The position numbers were made by a program, and so were the translations under genes. Positions 15,701-27,700 of a stretch of 64,000 nucleotides of DNA are shown here, piece after piece. The notes under the pieces are model-generated. The model was given only the letters and a program-made list of their open reading frames with translations, ran no database searches and was not told where the DNA came from. The stretch is taken from positions 11,284,001 through 11,348,000 of the forward strand of contig CM119381.1 in the NCBI GenBank assembly GCA_051294905.1, given 5' to 3'. Every line of letters starts with the position of its first letter. Position 1 is the stretch's first letter. This stretch comes from Botryllus schlosseri (lineage: Eukaryota).

Positions 15701-18700
15701 AGGCTCAAAGTTGGGGTTAGGGTATCCCACGATTAGGGTTAGGAAAGGGGGGCAGTAGGGTTGGGGGAGAAGGGATATTAGGGTAGAAGGTGGGTTTGGG
15801 TCAAAGTTAAGGTATCTCAAGGTTAGAATTGGGGGAGGGGGATATTAGGGTTGGATGTGGGGGATAATAGTGTTGGAGGTGGGTTAGGGTTAAAGTTTGG
15901 TAGGGTATCCCGATATTAGGGTTGTGGTGTCCCAAGATTACGAGATCTACCACGTCACGTAGAACGTTCCTATTTGAGAATATTCATTCATATTAAGTGC
16001 ATTATTTCTAATGCAAAATTGTTCAAGAGCCGATTCCTCCAGGGGCCGAGCTCACCAAGGGCCGAATTAACCAAGTCCCGAGTTCACTAGTAATCCCAAC
16101 GAAGATACTCTAAACTTTGTAATTTGGAGAAATTTACTCCCCTCACATTATTCATTATGTTCACATATCTAGGTTTTTTTAAAAACTAGTGTGGTGAACT
16201 AAAACGGTAATTATACACAAGTTCCTTTCCCCTTCGAAATCCAGGTTAAGTAAGTTTCATTGCTATTGAGCTGTTATCATGGTTGATAATGACCATTGCT
16301 GTTAAATATCATTCATATAGAAACTTGACAACCGTTTCAATTGGGTTGCTAACCAGTCACAAACTTATATCCTACCATTTGTTTCTGGACCATCTTCATC
16401 GGTAATGGTGACAATGGCCTGATCTTTTTCACCCAGTTTTATTGACGAAACATCTTCGTTGCTAGGATTTTTCAACATGACGATAAATGTTTCATCGTCC
16501 TCGTCAATGTCATCGTCAACGATGGAAACGTTCACAGTCTTCTCATTTTCTCCTTCATTGAAGAAAATACCCATTTTTATCAATTCCACTGCCAGATTAC
16601 GACCTCAACATGAGTTTACATGCAAAAGTAAGAAATGCTGCTTGGCCTTTTTTTCAAGCTCAAGAATGATACAGCTACACATGACAAAAACAAAGATAAA
16701 AGTTACATTACTATGGTAGAGGTATCATATCTATCTTACGAGAATATAATCACATGGATTTAGAAGGATATATATGAGTAGAATAAATCAATTACCTGGC
16801 TTGAATACCACACGAGATTCCAATCTGTCAGGTCGCTCAACAAAATCTTCACTATCCTTTGCATCATTTTCTTTGGTAACAAGTGTGACCGAGGAAGTTT
16901 GTGTTAGATCACCCGTTCTCACCACCGGAATGGAGACAATACCATCAGATTCTGCAACGGTATATTCGTCTTCTTGCAACTCGATAATGGTATCTGTAAA
17001 GGGAAAAATGAAATCAAACCGTTCATGGAGTAAAATTCTTAAGTATATGTTCGGTAACCTGTATCATTTTCGGTTGTCGGCAGGCTACGTCTTGTATAAA
17101 CTATTATGACGGGATTTTCGCCAGAAGGATTTAATAGTTTGATCTGCATTGGTTCCGATGTGTTGAATTCTTCTACAGGTACAAGCAGCATTACATCTTC
17201 CTCGTCGTCATCTGCAAACATACTTGTTAATGCATTGAATGCATAAAAACAGAAGGTGGAAATGCAGTTTTATATCTGTCTCCACCATCCAGATATTTGT
17301 GAGAGGTACAGACAAGTTCAATGAACCAGCACCAACATTTTCCTCTTAACGCCAACTCAAAGTGAAGAGAACATGGGGTGGGAAACCGTGGCCAGAAATT
17401 TTGCAATAGTATAGGAATCCCGAACCATACAACTAAAGTAAAGTATAACCTATATTGTTGGCCAGTATCACATCCGCGAAAATGTACATCGTACATTGAG
17501 TATGGAATCCATCTCACCGTAACCATCCTCTACTTCAAAATTCAATACTGTGTGCTGCAATAAAGTGTGGTCTCACAAAATATTCTGGAGGTAATCGCGG
17601 ATTAAAAATACCATAAACGAAACTGCAACTTGCCAAACGTAGATGTTTGAGACATAGCAGCAGCATTGATGAAATAATAATAAGTATCATACCAGGATAT
17701 TCAAAGATATATAAAAAGACCTAATAGCTCAATATACACACTTCATTAAAATAATATTGCAAAATATTGCAAGATATGCAGATGCAATTCGTTCAAAAGT
17801 ATAGTAACACTCTTAAAACCTCCATTCCACGACTTGACTGATTAACTGCAGTCAAGTTTGAGTAAAGCTTCAAGTATTGTCTCATGTTAGAAGTACCTTC
17901 AACAAATTGTACAGTGAGATCTGGGTCATCAATTTCCTCTTGAGTTGGTGTTTGTGCAGCTGGATTTAGTATCACAGGAATACCTTCATTTGGGAGATCT
18001 TCTCCTTCTCGTACAACAGTGAATTCTAATTTGATATCCTCGTCAATATTTTGATATGTTCCATCCTGTACTTTGATCACTGCAAAATTCCAGGATTCGA
18101 AAATCTGATTTGGGGATTTAGTAGATGATTTTACCTCGGTCAGGTACAGGATCTTCTTTCAGGTAAACGGTAACCGTTATTTCTGGATCGTTCTTCGGAT
18201 CCTTTAATGATATCGATACATTTTCAACAGTTTCCCCATCATTTATGGGAAGATTGACGGTGGATGGAATTTCTTCTTGTCCTGAACAAGATGAGAGACA
18301 TTATGAATGAGCAAGGAAAATAATGTATACTTGCCACAGAAATTTTTATGTTATTAATAATGAAAAAACGCTCACATTACTTGTAATCAACGATAACGCC
18401 GTTGGAATGTTACAAAACAGAGAAAGAGATTGAACTAGGTTTCAAACCAGTATCAATATCGAAGCGATTTCACAAAGAACTAACTGGCTTTCATTCCAAT
18501 GATGGTAAATATTTTTAAAAGTCATCTCAATATATACGGTACCCTTCATAGTTCTAATGATACAAAATTATTTTCAATGAATTCAAGCGATTTTGATGAT
18601 ATTGAAGACAAACATTGAGGACATATCAAAGACTGCTTGCGTAAAATTAAAATTGGTGATCATTAGGTAGTAATAACAGAGATGAAATCTCAGGAGATAT

Positions 18701-21700
18701 ACAGAATATTAGGCAGTAAAATCTCATTGAAATAGATAACTGTAATCAAGTATAGCGAAAAGTAAATTCATTCTTGATATCCTCGCACCTGATGGAATGT
18801 AAGTCAACTTCATCAGCTAACCTATATATCCAAAGGTAAAATGCAAAATGCTATTGGAGATACTCATTCACATGCAGATACTATTTTTACATGCCTTCTT
18901 CCAATAGCAGTTCCTGTACAATGGGCTCCGGAACCTCGTCAGGACTATCATTCAATCTGTATGGTATGACTGTAACTTTCACTGGCAAGTCTTCAGTAAT
19001 ATCTCCTTTGCGGCCAGCAGTAATATTGACAGTGACCACGTCATCGCCGATAGTATATGCTACATCTTCAATGAACACTTCTGATTCTGTAATAATAATA
19101 CGAATCGATTCACAAATTATTCATTTGTTTGCAATTGATTTATTTGTGCCTTCAGGTTGGTCCAAGATCTTCACTGTTGTTTCATTGAGTGTTCCAACTA
19201 TGGGTCTGGAAATGTCCTCTGGGTCTTCAGGCAACAAAAGTTGGACAGTGAAGCTTTCGGTTTCCTCAACATTGTCATCATTTACAATAGGTATTGTGAC
19301 TGATTGAGTGGTTTCACCTGTGATCCAGAAGCAATAAAAGTCTCTCTTACAATGTTTGCTTCCAAACTTAGTTTCTTGCAACTGATTAAAATTAGTATTA
19401 AAAAAAATATGACTCGACACCGATGTAAAATAATCAAAATAGTGTGATCAAAATAGTCGCTAATGATACTCGAATCGTAATAGGACTGGCGAATTATAAG
19501 GAGGGTAAAGCTACTGAAATAAGAAAACGATTGAAAACTTCACATTCCCATTGTTTTCACGTCCATTACGATTTCGATATATTAGCCATTAGATCTATTA
19601 CCTGGTTTGAACTCCACCATGGCTGGTGGCGTCTCTCTTTCTGTAAAATCCTCAGGCGAGGTAGCCGATACCGGTTTGGTAACGACATAAATCTTCGTTT
19701 CCTCCAATAAATTGCCGTTACGAAGCACATTAATAACGACTTCCTCATCTTCTTCCAAAACTGCATAGAGTTCTTTCTCAAATTCCACAACTGTTTCTAA
19801 AATTTGGTAATGAATTATATTGTAAGATATATATGGAGCAACAAGGATCATTCCACATGAACAAATGACGCAATAGTACCCACCTGGCTAGTCCTAATTT
19901 GGTAATTCAAACAATTTTCCTTCCTCACACCCTTCATAACATCTGTGACATTATTTTATCAAAATACTAGTGTAGCAAGGCAAAACGATAATATTATATA
20001 AATTCCTTTCCCTATAAAAATCAAGGCAAACTAACTTTTTTGCTGTTGAGCTTTTATCATGGTTGACCAATGACCATTGTTGTTGAATATCATTCGTATA
20101 GCAACTTGGCCACCCCTGTAATTGGGTAACCAACAAGCCAATAACTTTATTCCTACCATTTGTTTCTGGATCATCTTCATCGGTAATAGTGACAATGGCC
20201 TGATCTTTTTCACCCAGTTTTATTGACGAGTCATCTTCATTGCTGGGATTTTTCAACATGACGATTAACGTTTCATCATCCTCGTCCGTGTCATCATCAA
20301 TGATGGAAACGTCTACAGACTTCAAATTTTCACCTACATCACAGAAAATACACTCACTAAGCTATCAACTTAACTTTGCGTGCTATAATAAGAAATGCTT
20401 TTGGCCTTGCTTTTCAAGCTCAATTACGACACAGCTCCACACGACAAAAAAAGAGGAAATTTGTTTTGCTGTGATATGGATACTTACATTGAGAGAATAT
20501 AACTGCATGAATTTAGTCGGCGAGATGTGAGTAGAATAGGACATTTACCTGGTTTGAATACCACACGAGATACCAATTCCTCTGGTCGCTCAACAAAATC
20601 TTCTCCATCCTTTGCATCATTTTCTTTGGTAACAAGTGTGACCGAGGAGGTTTGTGATAGATCACCCGTTCTCAGCACCGGAATGGAGACAATACCATCG
20701 GATTCCGCAACGGTATATTTGTCATCTTGCAACTGGATAACAGTATCTGTAACGTGACGGATGAAATGAAACCGTTCATGGTATTTACAATTTTTACAAC
20801 AGTGTTTACAATTATTTTATTCTTACCTTCTGGTTCGTCCAAGATCTTCACTGTTGTTTCATTGATTTTTCCAACTATTGGTCTGGAAATGTCAGTTGAG
20901 TCTTCAGGTACCAAGAGTTGAACAGTGAAGCTTTCAGGTTCCTCGTCAATTTCATCATTTACAACAGGTATTGTTACTGTTTGTGTAGTCTCGCCTGTGG
21001 TACCGAAGCAATATAATCAAAATGTGCGCTCACAAAGTCTCTCTGGTAGTGTTCGATAAATTTTTCCCCATTGTTTCCTAATTTTGTTTCACAGAACTGA
21101 TTAAAATCAGTTATACAAAAAAATTGTAACGCTACACCAATGTAGAACAACTAAATTAAGATAAAATTAAAGGAATAGTATCAGTATATATATGTATATA
21201 TGTTTATTAGATATGAGTGGAAATAAGCTATACTAAACACATAGTTCAGCCAGTTTTAGAAATGTGTGATCAAAATATTGCTATTGATAGTTGTTTCAAT
21301 GGGACTAGCACATTATAATAATGGTAAAAGCTACTTGAATTAAAAAAACCAGTGAAGATTTCACACTCAAATTGTTTCTATGTCCATTACGATTTTGACA
21401 AATTGGCCGTTAGATCTGTTACCTGGTTTGAACTCCACCATAGCTGGTGGTGCCATCTCTCTTTCTGCAAAATCCTCAGGCGATGTAGCCGATCCTGGTT
21501 TGGTAACGACATAAATCCTTGTTTCTTTTGATAAATTACCGCTACGAAGCACATTGATAACGACTTCCTCGTTTTCTTCCAAAACTGCATAGAGGTCTTT
21601 CACAAATTCCACAACTGTATCTAATATTTGAAGAGAAATTATATTGTATATATATTGAGCTACAAGGATCTTTCTACCTGAACAAAGGACACAACAGTTC

Positions 21701-24700
21701 CCAACAGGCTACTCCTAATTATGTAATTCAGAATATTTTCCTTCCCTCACACCATTCATTATATCCATATGTCTGTGACATTATTTCATCAAAATACTAG
21801 TGTGGCAAGGTAAAACGATAGTTATACACCAATTCCATTCCCTATCAAAATCTAGGTTAACTAACTTTTTTGCTGTTGAGCTTTTATCATGATTGGCCAA
21901 TGACCATTGCTGTTGAATATCATTTCTTATAAAAACTTGGCAACCCCTTTAATTGGGTAACTAACAAGCCAACCCCTTTAATTGGGTAACTAACAAGCCA
22001 TCTTTATTCCTACCATTTGTTTCTGGACCATCTTCATCAGTAATGGTGACTATGGCCTGGTCTTTTTCACCCAGTTTTATTGACGAGTCATCTTCGTTGC
22101 TAGGATTTACCAGCATGACCATAAAGGTTTCATCATCCTCGTCAATGTCATTGTCAATGATGGAAATGTCCACAGTCTTCTCATTTTCACCTTCATCACA
22201 GAAAATATATATTATTATAAATTTTACTGCCACATAAAGATATCAACTTAAGCTTGCATGTAAGAGTAAGAAATGTTTTTGGCCATGCTTTTCAAATTCA
22301 TCAATGACACTGCTGCACATGACAAACAGAGAGTAAATTCAAGTTACTTTGATATGGATACCTACATAGTGAGAAAATAATTACATTGATTTAGACGGCG
22401 AGATGTGGGTAGAATAAGTCATTCACCTGGCTTGAATACCACGCGAGATACCATTTCGTCAGGTCGCTCCGCAAAATCTTCGCTATCCGTTGCATCATTT
22501 TCTTTCGTAACAAGTGTGACCGAGGAGGTTTGTGAAAGATCACCCGTTCTAACAACAGGAATTGAGACAACACCATCAGACTCCGCAACGGTATATTGAT
22601 CTTCTTGCAACTCGATAACGGTATCTGTAATATGATGGATGAAATGAATTCGTTCATGGCGTTTACAATTTTTAAAATATTGTTTACAATTACTTCATCC
22701 ATACCTTCTGGTTTGTCTAAAATCTTCACCGTTGTTTCATTGATTTTCCCAACTATTGGTCTGGAAATGTCAGCAGAGTCTTCTGGCACCAAGAGTTGAA
22801 CAGTGAAGCTTTCAGGTTCCTCTTCGCTCTCATCATTTACAATAGGTACTGTTACTGTTTGTGTAGTCTCGCCTGCAGTACCAAAGCAAAATAATCAAGA
22901 TGAGCGCACTCAAAGTCTCTCTTGAAGTGTTCAATAAATGTTTTCCTAGTCCGGTCAGTTCTACAACTATATGAGCAAAATAGTCACTTATGATACTCGA
23001 CTCGTAATAGTAATATCGATTTATAAGTAGTTTAAAGGCTACTTGAAAGAAAAAATATTGAAGAGGTCACACTCACGTTGTTTCCATGTCAATTACGATT
23101 TTGATACATTAGTCATTAGATCTATTACCTGGTTTGAACTCCACCATAGCTGGTGGTGCCATCTCTCTTTCTGTAAAATCCTCAGGCGATGTAGCCGATC
23201 CTGGTTTGGTAACAACATAAATCTTCGTTTCCTCTGACAAGTTGCCACTACGAAGTACGTTAATGACAACTTCCTCATCTTCTTCCAAAACTGTGTAGAC
23301 TTCTTTCTCAAATTCCACAACCGTTGCTGTTGTTATTAATTCAGAATAATTATGCTCATTGATTTAATTGGAGCTTGTAGTACATGGGTGGGCAGTCCTG
23401 ATGCATGCTCGAGCAGCATATCGCAAAAGTGGGATTTAAAAGAGCCACAGCGCAAAAAATCAAAGATATTTACTCAATGAACTGTATAATATTTGTTAAT
23501 GATTTTTGTTACGTGGTGATACTGCAAGTCTCTACCGGGGCTGCAACTTGTTTGAAATTAGGCCGATATGACCTCAAAGGAGTGCAGCGCAGTTCATTCA
23601 AGTGTTGGCTGGTCAAAACTGAACAATACTTTCACGTTACAGATTTCGTCGCGGAATAAAATGACTCACAACAGTATGCTATACTGAAAATATAATTCGT
23701 GCAATACATGTTTTATTCCACTATAATGCTTCTGGGACTTCCGTTACTCAACTGCGGTCAAAGAATAAACCCTGCGAGTGTTGCTTGCTATAGACTTCAA
23801 TACAAATGTAAGCTTCATATGCACCATTGTTTACCCGGAGTTCAACGTGACCTGTGCTATTGTGATTAGTGATCAAGCTCATTGTTGATATAGTGGCATA
23901 TTAATGAAGTAATAAAGTAAAATAATTTCCTGTGTATTTGATATAGCCTATGGTTTCAGTCATTCAAAAAGCAGGTTTTGTGATTTTAATTCCAAGCAAC
24001 CTTTCACGGGCCGCATCGAATAGCTTCGCGGGCTACATTTGACCCGTGGGCCGCACTTTGCCCAGGTCTGCTCAAGACAATTAGCAGGATATGCTGAGTT
24101 ATGCAGCAACGATGTAAGGATTCTGGGCCAAGGAATGCTTTTGATATAGTATTGAAAAAAAGAGTGAATTTCTGGACATAAATTCAGATATCTTATTTAA
24201 CATGTCTGAAGTATTATTACCTGGCTTGTCGTTTATCAATACGACGGATTGGTTTTTGTCGCCAACCTTTACCGGGATACTTGAGATACTATTCTTTGGA
24301 TCATCCAAGTAAAGAATAAATTGCTCCGTAACTTCATCCTCTTCGTCGTTGGTGATTGCAATAGGTACTGTCATTTCTGATACATCTTTTGGTAGAAATA
24401 CATATATATTAAAATTTATTTCAAGATTTATTTTCCAATATTAACCAACTTGGCTCAAAAGTCACGATAGATTCTTCTGTATCTGTTTTTTCTTCAAAAT
24501 CTTGCTCGATTGCAGTATCGGGTCGAGTCAAAAGTCGTACAGTTGAAGTGGGAGATTTATCTCCCAGACGGATAAGTTTTACTAAAACTTCAGTGCCCTG
24601 AGTAGTTGTATATTTCGGATCTTTGATTTCCAGAGTCGTTCCTACAAATAGAACATTTATTTTTTAATTCAAAATGGTCAGTAGCAGTAGCAAACAACAA

Positions 24701-27700
24701 AGACATATCCAACAAGGATCTATAGTCAGAGGCAAATACTGCCTTATGTTGAGTTTCATTATACCTTACTTGAAGGCAAAGAAATTGCTTGGTGAAAAAT
24801 TTTGGGTAATTTTAGGATTCTTTCAGCAGTATGTTGAGAGCAAATTGAAATCATATTTCATTTTGATCAAATATAAATTATTAAAATTGTGACTTTGAAA
24901 TCCTTCACTCGATTTTGCAATCAAAAACTAATATAGCACACAACTTTTGGTTCCGAACTTTGTCCATCGGGCATAGCTATAAAAAATAATTCATAAGTAC
25001 AGAAAATAGTCCATCAGTACAATTGTAGGAAATGAGATACCTTCTTCCGTACAACAGTATCGCACTTCATAGTCTAAGCAATCTTCATTGTCTTGAAGAT
25101 CATTCTCGCAAACAAATCCAGAAGCGATATCTACTTTGCCTATTTGTCCGATGTGTTGAAAGTACTCTTTGCTCACAGCAGACCGTACCTAAAGTAATTT
25201 GCGGTACAAAATCAGACTTGTTGCAGAGTAATTAAAATGAAATTGACAACACCTGCATCCCTTCCGGTTTGGCACAAAGTTTCTGTGGATGGATTTGCAA
25301 TACTGTTTCCAGCAACTCATTGTCCCCTCCCTCGTTAAATTTGTCGATATTGAACCATTCGGTCCATATCGAAGACTCTTGACATACTCCTATTACATCT
25401 TGAAATATACAAGTAAAATTGCAGGTATTCAAATTAACATGAGAGTCCATTGACAGTTTGTTACTTTTCAAGCAGCATAGTTGCATCTCGTAGTCTTCAC
25501 ACATACGATCGCTTTGCTTGTTGTTTTCACATTTGAGTCCTTCATCTAGTGTTAGAGATACTATTTCCTTTGTCAGTAAATATGGAGTCTTTTCTTCAGC
25601 AGTACGGGCACGGATGGCAGATGGACTCCTACATGATTTTCCTGTTATATTTGCAAAAGGATTTTTTTAAATCTTTTATGGAAACTTTAAACAGTATCAA
25701 CAACCTTTCATGGCGCTGACGTAATGAGAAACAAGTTCAAAATCGCCATCTCTTGACGGATTGCCTAGATTAAACCATTCAGTCCAATGCGATTCGCTGG
25801 AGCATTCACCGATAGTGTCGGCCGCTGGAATAGTATTAAGAAAAAATTAGACAAACTTCAATCTGTAAAGAATTTTTTTAAATACCCTGCACATATACCG
25901 GTACGTATTTTGAAGACTGTCTCTCATGGATGAAGATTAATTATAACCTACTTACACAATAAAGGCACAACAACTTGCCACAAATTTTATAAAATTTCTA
26001 ATTTACATGTGTTTATGAGGATCCATCTTCTAATATTTTTTCTTCTTTTATAATTTATTGAGTGGAATGAAGCATAACAAAAATAGAAATAATATGTAGA
26101 TATGGTCACATTCGGGGTGCTATAGTCATGTTATCTAAAGCACCAATATTTCCATTTGTAATTATGTATTAACTATGAAACTTTATATCTTTTTTAACGC
26201 AAGACAAAATGTATTTAGCATACATATGCATCCGAGCATTTCTTTGAAGGTCTTGCCATCTTCACAAAAGCATTCATATCCACCATCTGTGTTTTCACAA
26301 GTACTGTCCTCTGTGCAATTATGGTCGCCGAGACATTCGTTAATTTCTAAGTGACATTTTTCATTAAAGAAAGTGTACCGGTATTAATTATACGACCATT
26401 ACCAGTGCAAACAGTTCCATTTCCTGTGTAACCAACGGGACATACACATCGGTAGCTTGAATACGTATTTTCACATTTCGCTTTTTCATCACAATTATCC
26501 AGCTCTTCTTTGCATTCATTAATGTCTGAGAATGTACAATAAAGTGGTAATTCGCATTAAAATCAAAATATCAAAATTAGTAGTAGTAGTAGGCCGACTA
26601 GAGATGAACCCCAAATGAGACATTTCAATATCAAAATTAACAGTGGTTTTCAACCGCCGGTCCGCCAAATATATAAGAATTTAATGTCGCAATTACCAAA
26701 TGCAATAAGTTGGATGCTTGTCGATGAAATTTTAGATTAATTTAGAAGTTTGAAACATATATTTTTCTGCATGGTGTCGTAATAGAGAGTTCACTGTCTA
26801 CCTTGGGCGTACATCACAATGAAACGAAACTGTTAGCTATTCGTTTCCAGCAAGTTATATGTGAAAGTTGCGGCGACTTTTAAACGAACTTTCCGACAGT
26901 GCAAGTGAACCTTTGCAGTATAAGAGAGGCTTAGCAAAGAGCAAATCGCATTTCTTTTAAACAATACAAAATAATCACAATATAGTTAGTGCTGGTCTTG
27001 AACAGAACTAATAGCTTCACCCTGCAAAACGTCAATAGACCCCTATACAAATAGCCTATGTAAAAAAGACAGCATTAAATGAAACTTCCAATATTATATT
27101 GAGTTGCATTGTAATTAGATTTCGGGTTATTTTGATTTTTGAAGGTTCACCGTCCCGCAACATTTGTTTTGAAGTTTTACCGGTTAGCGAGGTCGAAAAG
27201 GTTGAGAACCACTGCTCTAGAATACTTACTTTTTTACTTACTAGGAAATCATCTATTGTACTTGGGTAGAAAGTTACGACTTGTACTTCGATTTGAGTGC
27301 CAAGGATGATTACTTCACCACCTACAGTTATTCTATCCCTATAGTTATGTCAATAGCAGAGGTGTTTAAAGTAGTCAAGAATGCTACTCATGTAGAAATA
27401 GAAGTAGCGACACAAAAAATCACTCAAGTACAAGTAGAAGTAGTCCTTTTAAAGCAGCCTAAAACTACTTGAAGTAGAAGCAGAATTAATCGACTTTAAA
27501 TCTACTCAAGTAAGTAAGTACTATTGAAAACGATCATAATTCGTTCGCATGGACTGTAAAAAGCTGCAAATAGAACTATGCGAAAGGTGCCATGCTTGAT
27601 TCATATTGATGCATGCCAGGAGGTATAAATTTTCGACGACATAAGCATTCGTCCACATCATGGGATGAGAATGATAACACTGATATGGGAATGCAATAAT

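Larger units (their letters stand above)
19560..23330. repeat. Recent tandem segmental duplication, period ~1.7-1.8 kb, introns included
   Basis: Equivalent exon ends at 19602, 21423 and 23129; intron sequence is alignable by eye (gtccattacgattt / gtcaattacgattt at ~19561, 21381, 23088). Confidence 0.85.

Noticed and set aside
17227-17563. ORFs in the intron between the class Q exons
   Set aside because: No recognisable motif, absent from the paralogous intron; probably an unclassified insertion
23383-24070. Complete MITE ending ...ggccgcactttgcccaggtctg
   Set aside because: The right terminus looks hAT-like, but the left end is poorly matched and there is no TSD, so boundaries are unsupported
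389-24641. Bacterial Calx-beta/RTX adhesin, contamination or recent horizontal transfer
   Set aside because: The repeats are interrupted by regular spliceosomal introns and are in frame with animal-type EGF, TIL and WxxW exons
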